Assembly (NCBI RefSeq): GCF_044704955.1
Contig: NC_091979.1
Location: 162,688,001 to 162,752,000, forward strand
Direction of reading: 5' to 3'
DNA from: Pristiophorus japonicus
Lineage: Eukaryota
Length of the DNA stretch: 64,000 nt
Position 1 is the stretch's first letter. Each line of letters starts with the position of its first letter. The position numbers were made by a program, and so were the translations under genes. Positions 63,370 through 64,000 of this stretch are shown in pieces. The notes under the pieces were generated by a model. That model ran no database searches and was not told the DNA's origin. It worked only from the letters and a program-made list of their open reading frames with translations.

Positions 63370-63589
63370 CATCCACTTTGACTCTTCTCTTTCGCTGTTT
63401 TAAACTGGGTGGGATGGCACTGGCCATTCTTATCTATTTAATTGTAGCCAGATAAAATGTTATGTATTTAATGTCGTTCCAATGGACGCGCATGCTCATT
63501 ACAGCTCGGATTTGGCAATTGGCCATTTGTAAAGAGCCAGTTGTGTGTGTGAGAACATCGAGTGCTATGTGAGAGCATTGGAAAAGCCT

Positions 63590-64000
63590 TATAAAGCCCT
63601 TTGACACTCTCAACCGTGAGGGTCTATGGACCGTCCTCCTCCATTTCGGATGCCCCCAAAAGTACATCACCATCCTCCGCCTACTCCACGATGACATGCA
63701 GGCCGTGATCGCTACCAACGGATCCATCACAGACCCTATCCATGTCCGGACAGCATCAAGCAGGGCCGCGTCATCGCCCCAACCCTCTTCTCAATCTTTC
63801 TCAATGCCATGCTCCACCTCACAGTTGACAAGCTCCCCGCTGGAGTGGAACTAAACTATAGAACCAGTGGGAACCTGTTCAACCTTCGCTGTCTCCAGGC
63901 CAGGTCCAAGACCACCCCAACCTCTGTCATTGAGCTACAGTAAGCAGATGATGCCTGCGTCTGTGCACACACAGAGGCTGAACTCCAAGTCATAATCAAC
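63590..64000 (+). mobile_element. RTE-clade LINE RT fragment (runs off window)
   Basis: FDTLNREGLWTVLLHFGCP, KQGRVIAPTLFSIFL and LQ*ADDAC motifs. Confidence 0.85.

Overview
This is vertebrate genomic DNA, almost certainly from a shark or other cartilaginous fish. The only host genes I can support are four intact, tandem, minus-strand gamma-crystallin genes of the shark 'gamma-S1' type. Each encodes 175 aa from three coding exons of 9, 243 and 276 nt, and their CDS spans are 2305-4219, 20565-21480, 28462-29970 and 45802-49638. Each gene lies in a recognisable duplicated unit: Penelope remnant, 3' flank, gene, TATA/Maf/Sox promoter, L2 fossil and a shared non-coding block. Transposons make up most of the window and have inflated these units. 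They include many CR1 LINEs (esterase ORF1 and APE-RT ORF2), RTE, L2 and Tx1 LINEs, three Ty3/Gypsy elements, a retrovirus-like pol with two RNase H domains and its LTR, a solo LTR, and several Harbinger elements. The most notable observations are: a GC-AG first intron in all four genes; an inverted 64-bp copy of the exon-2 splice acceptor inside intron 2 of gene 2; mosaic relationships among the paralogs; a lokiretrovirus-like fossil; decayed hammerhead ribozyme cores in Penelope termini; CTCF-like motifs in LTRs; and a nested insertion stack just upstream of gene 4. I found no convincing wholly new protein system. All calls come from reading the sequence by eye, and TE boundaries without TSDs are approximate.
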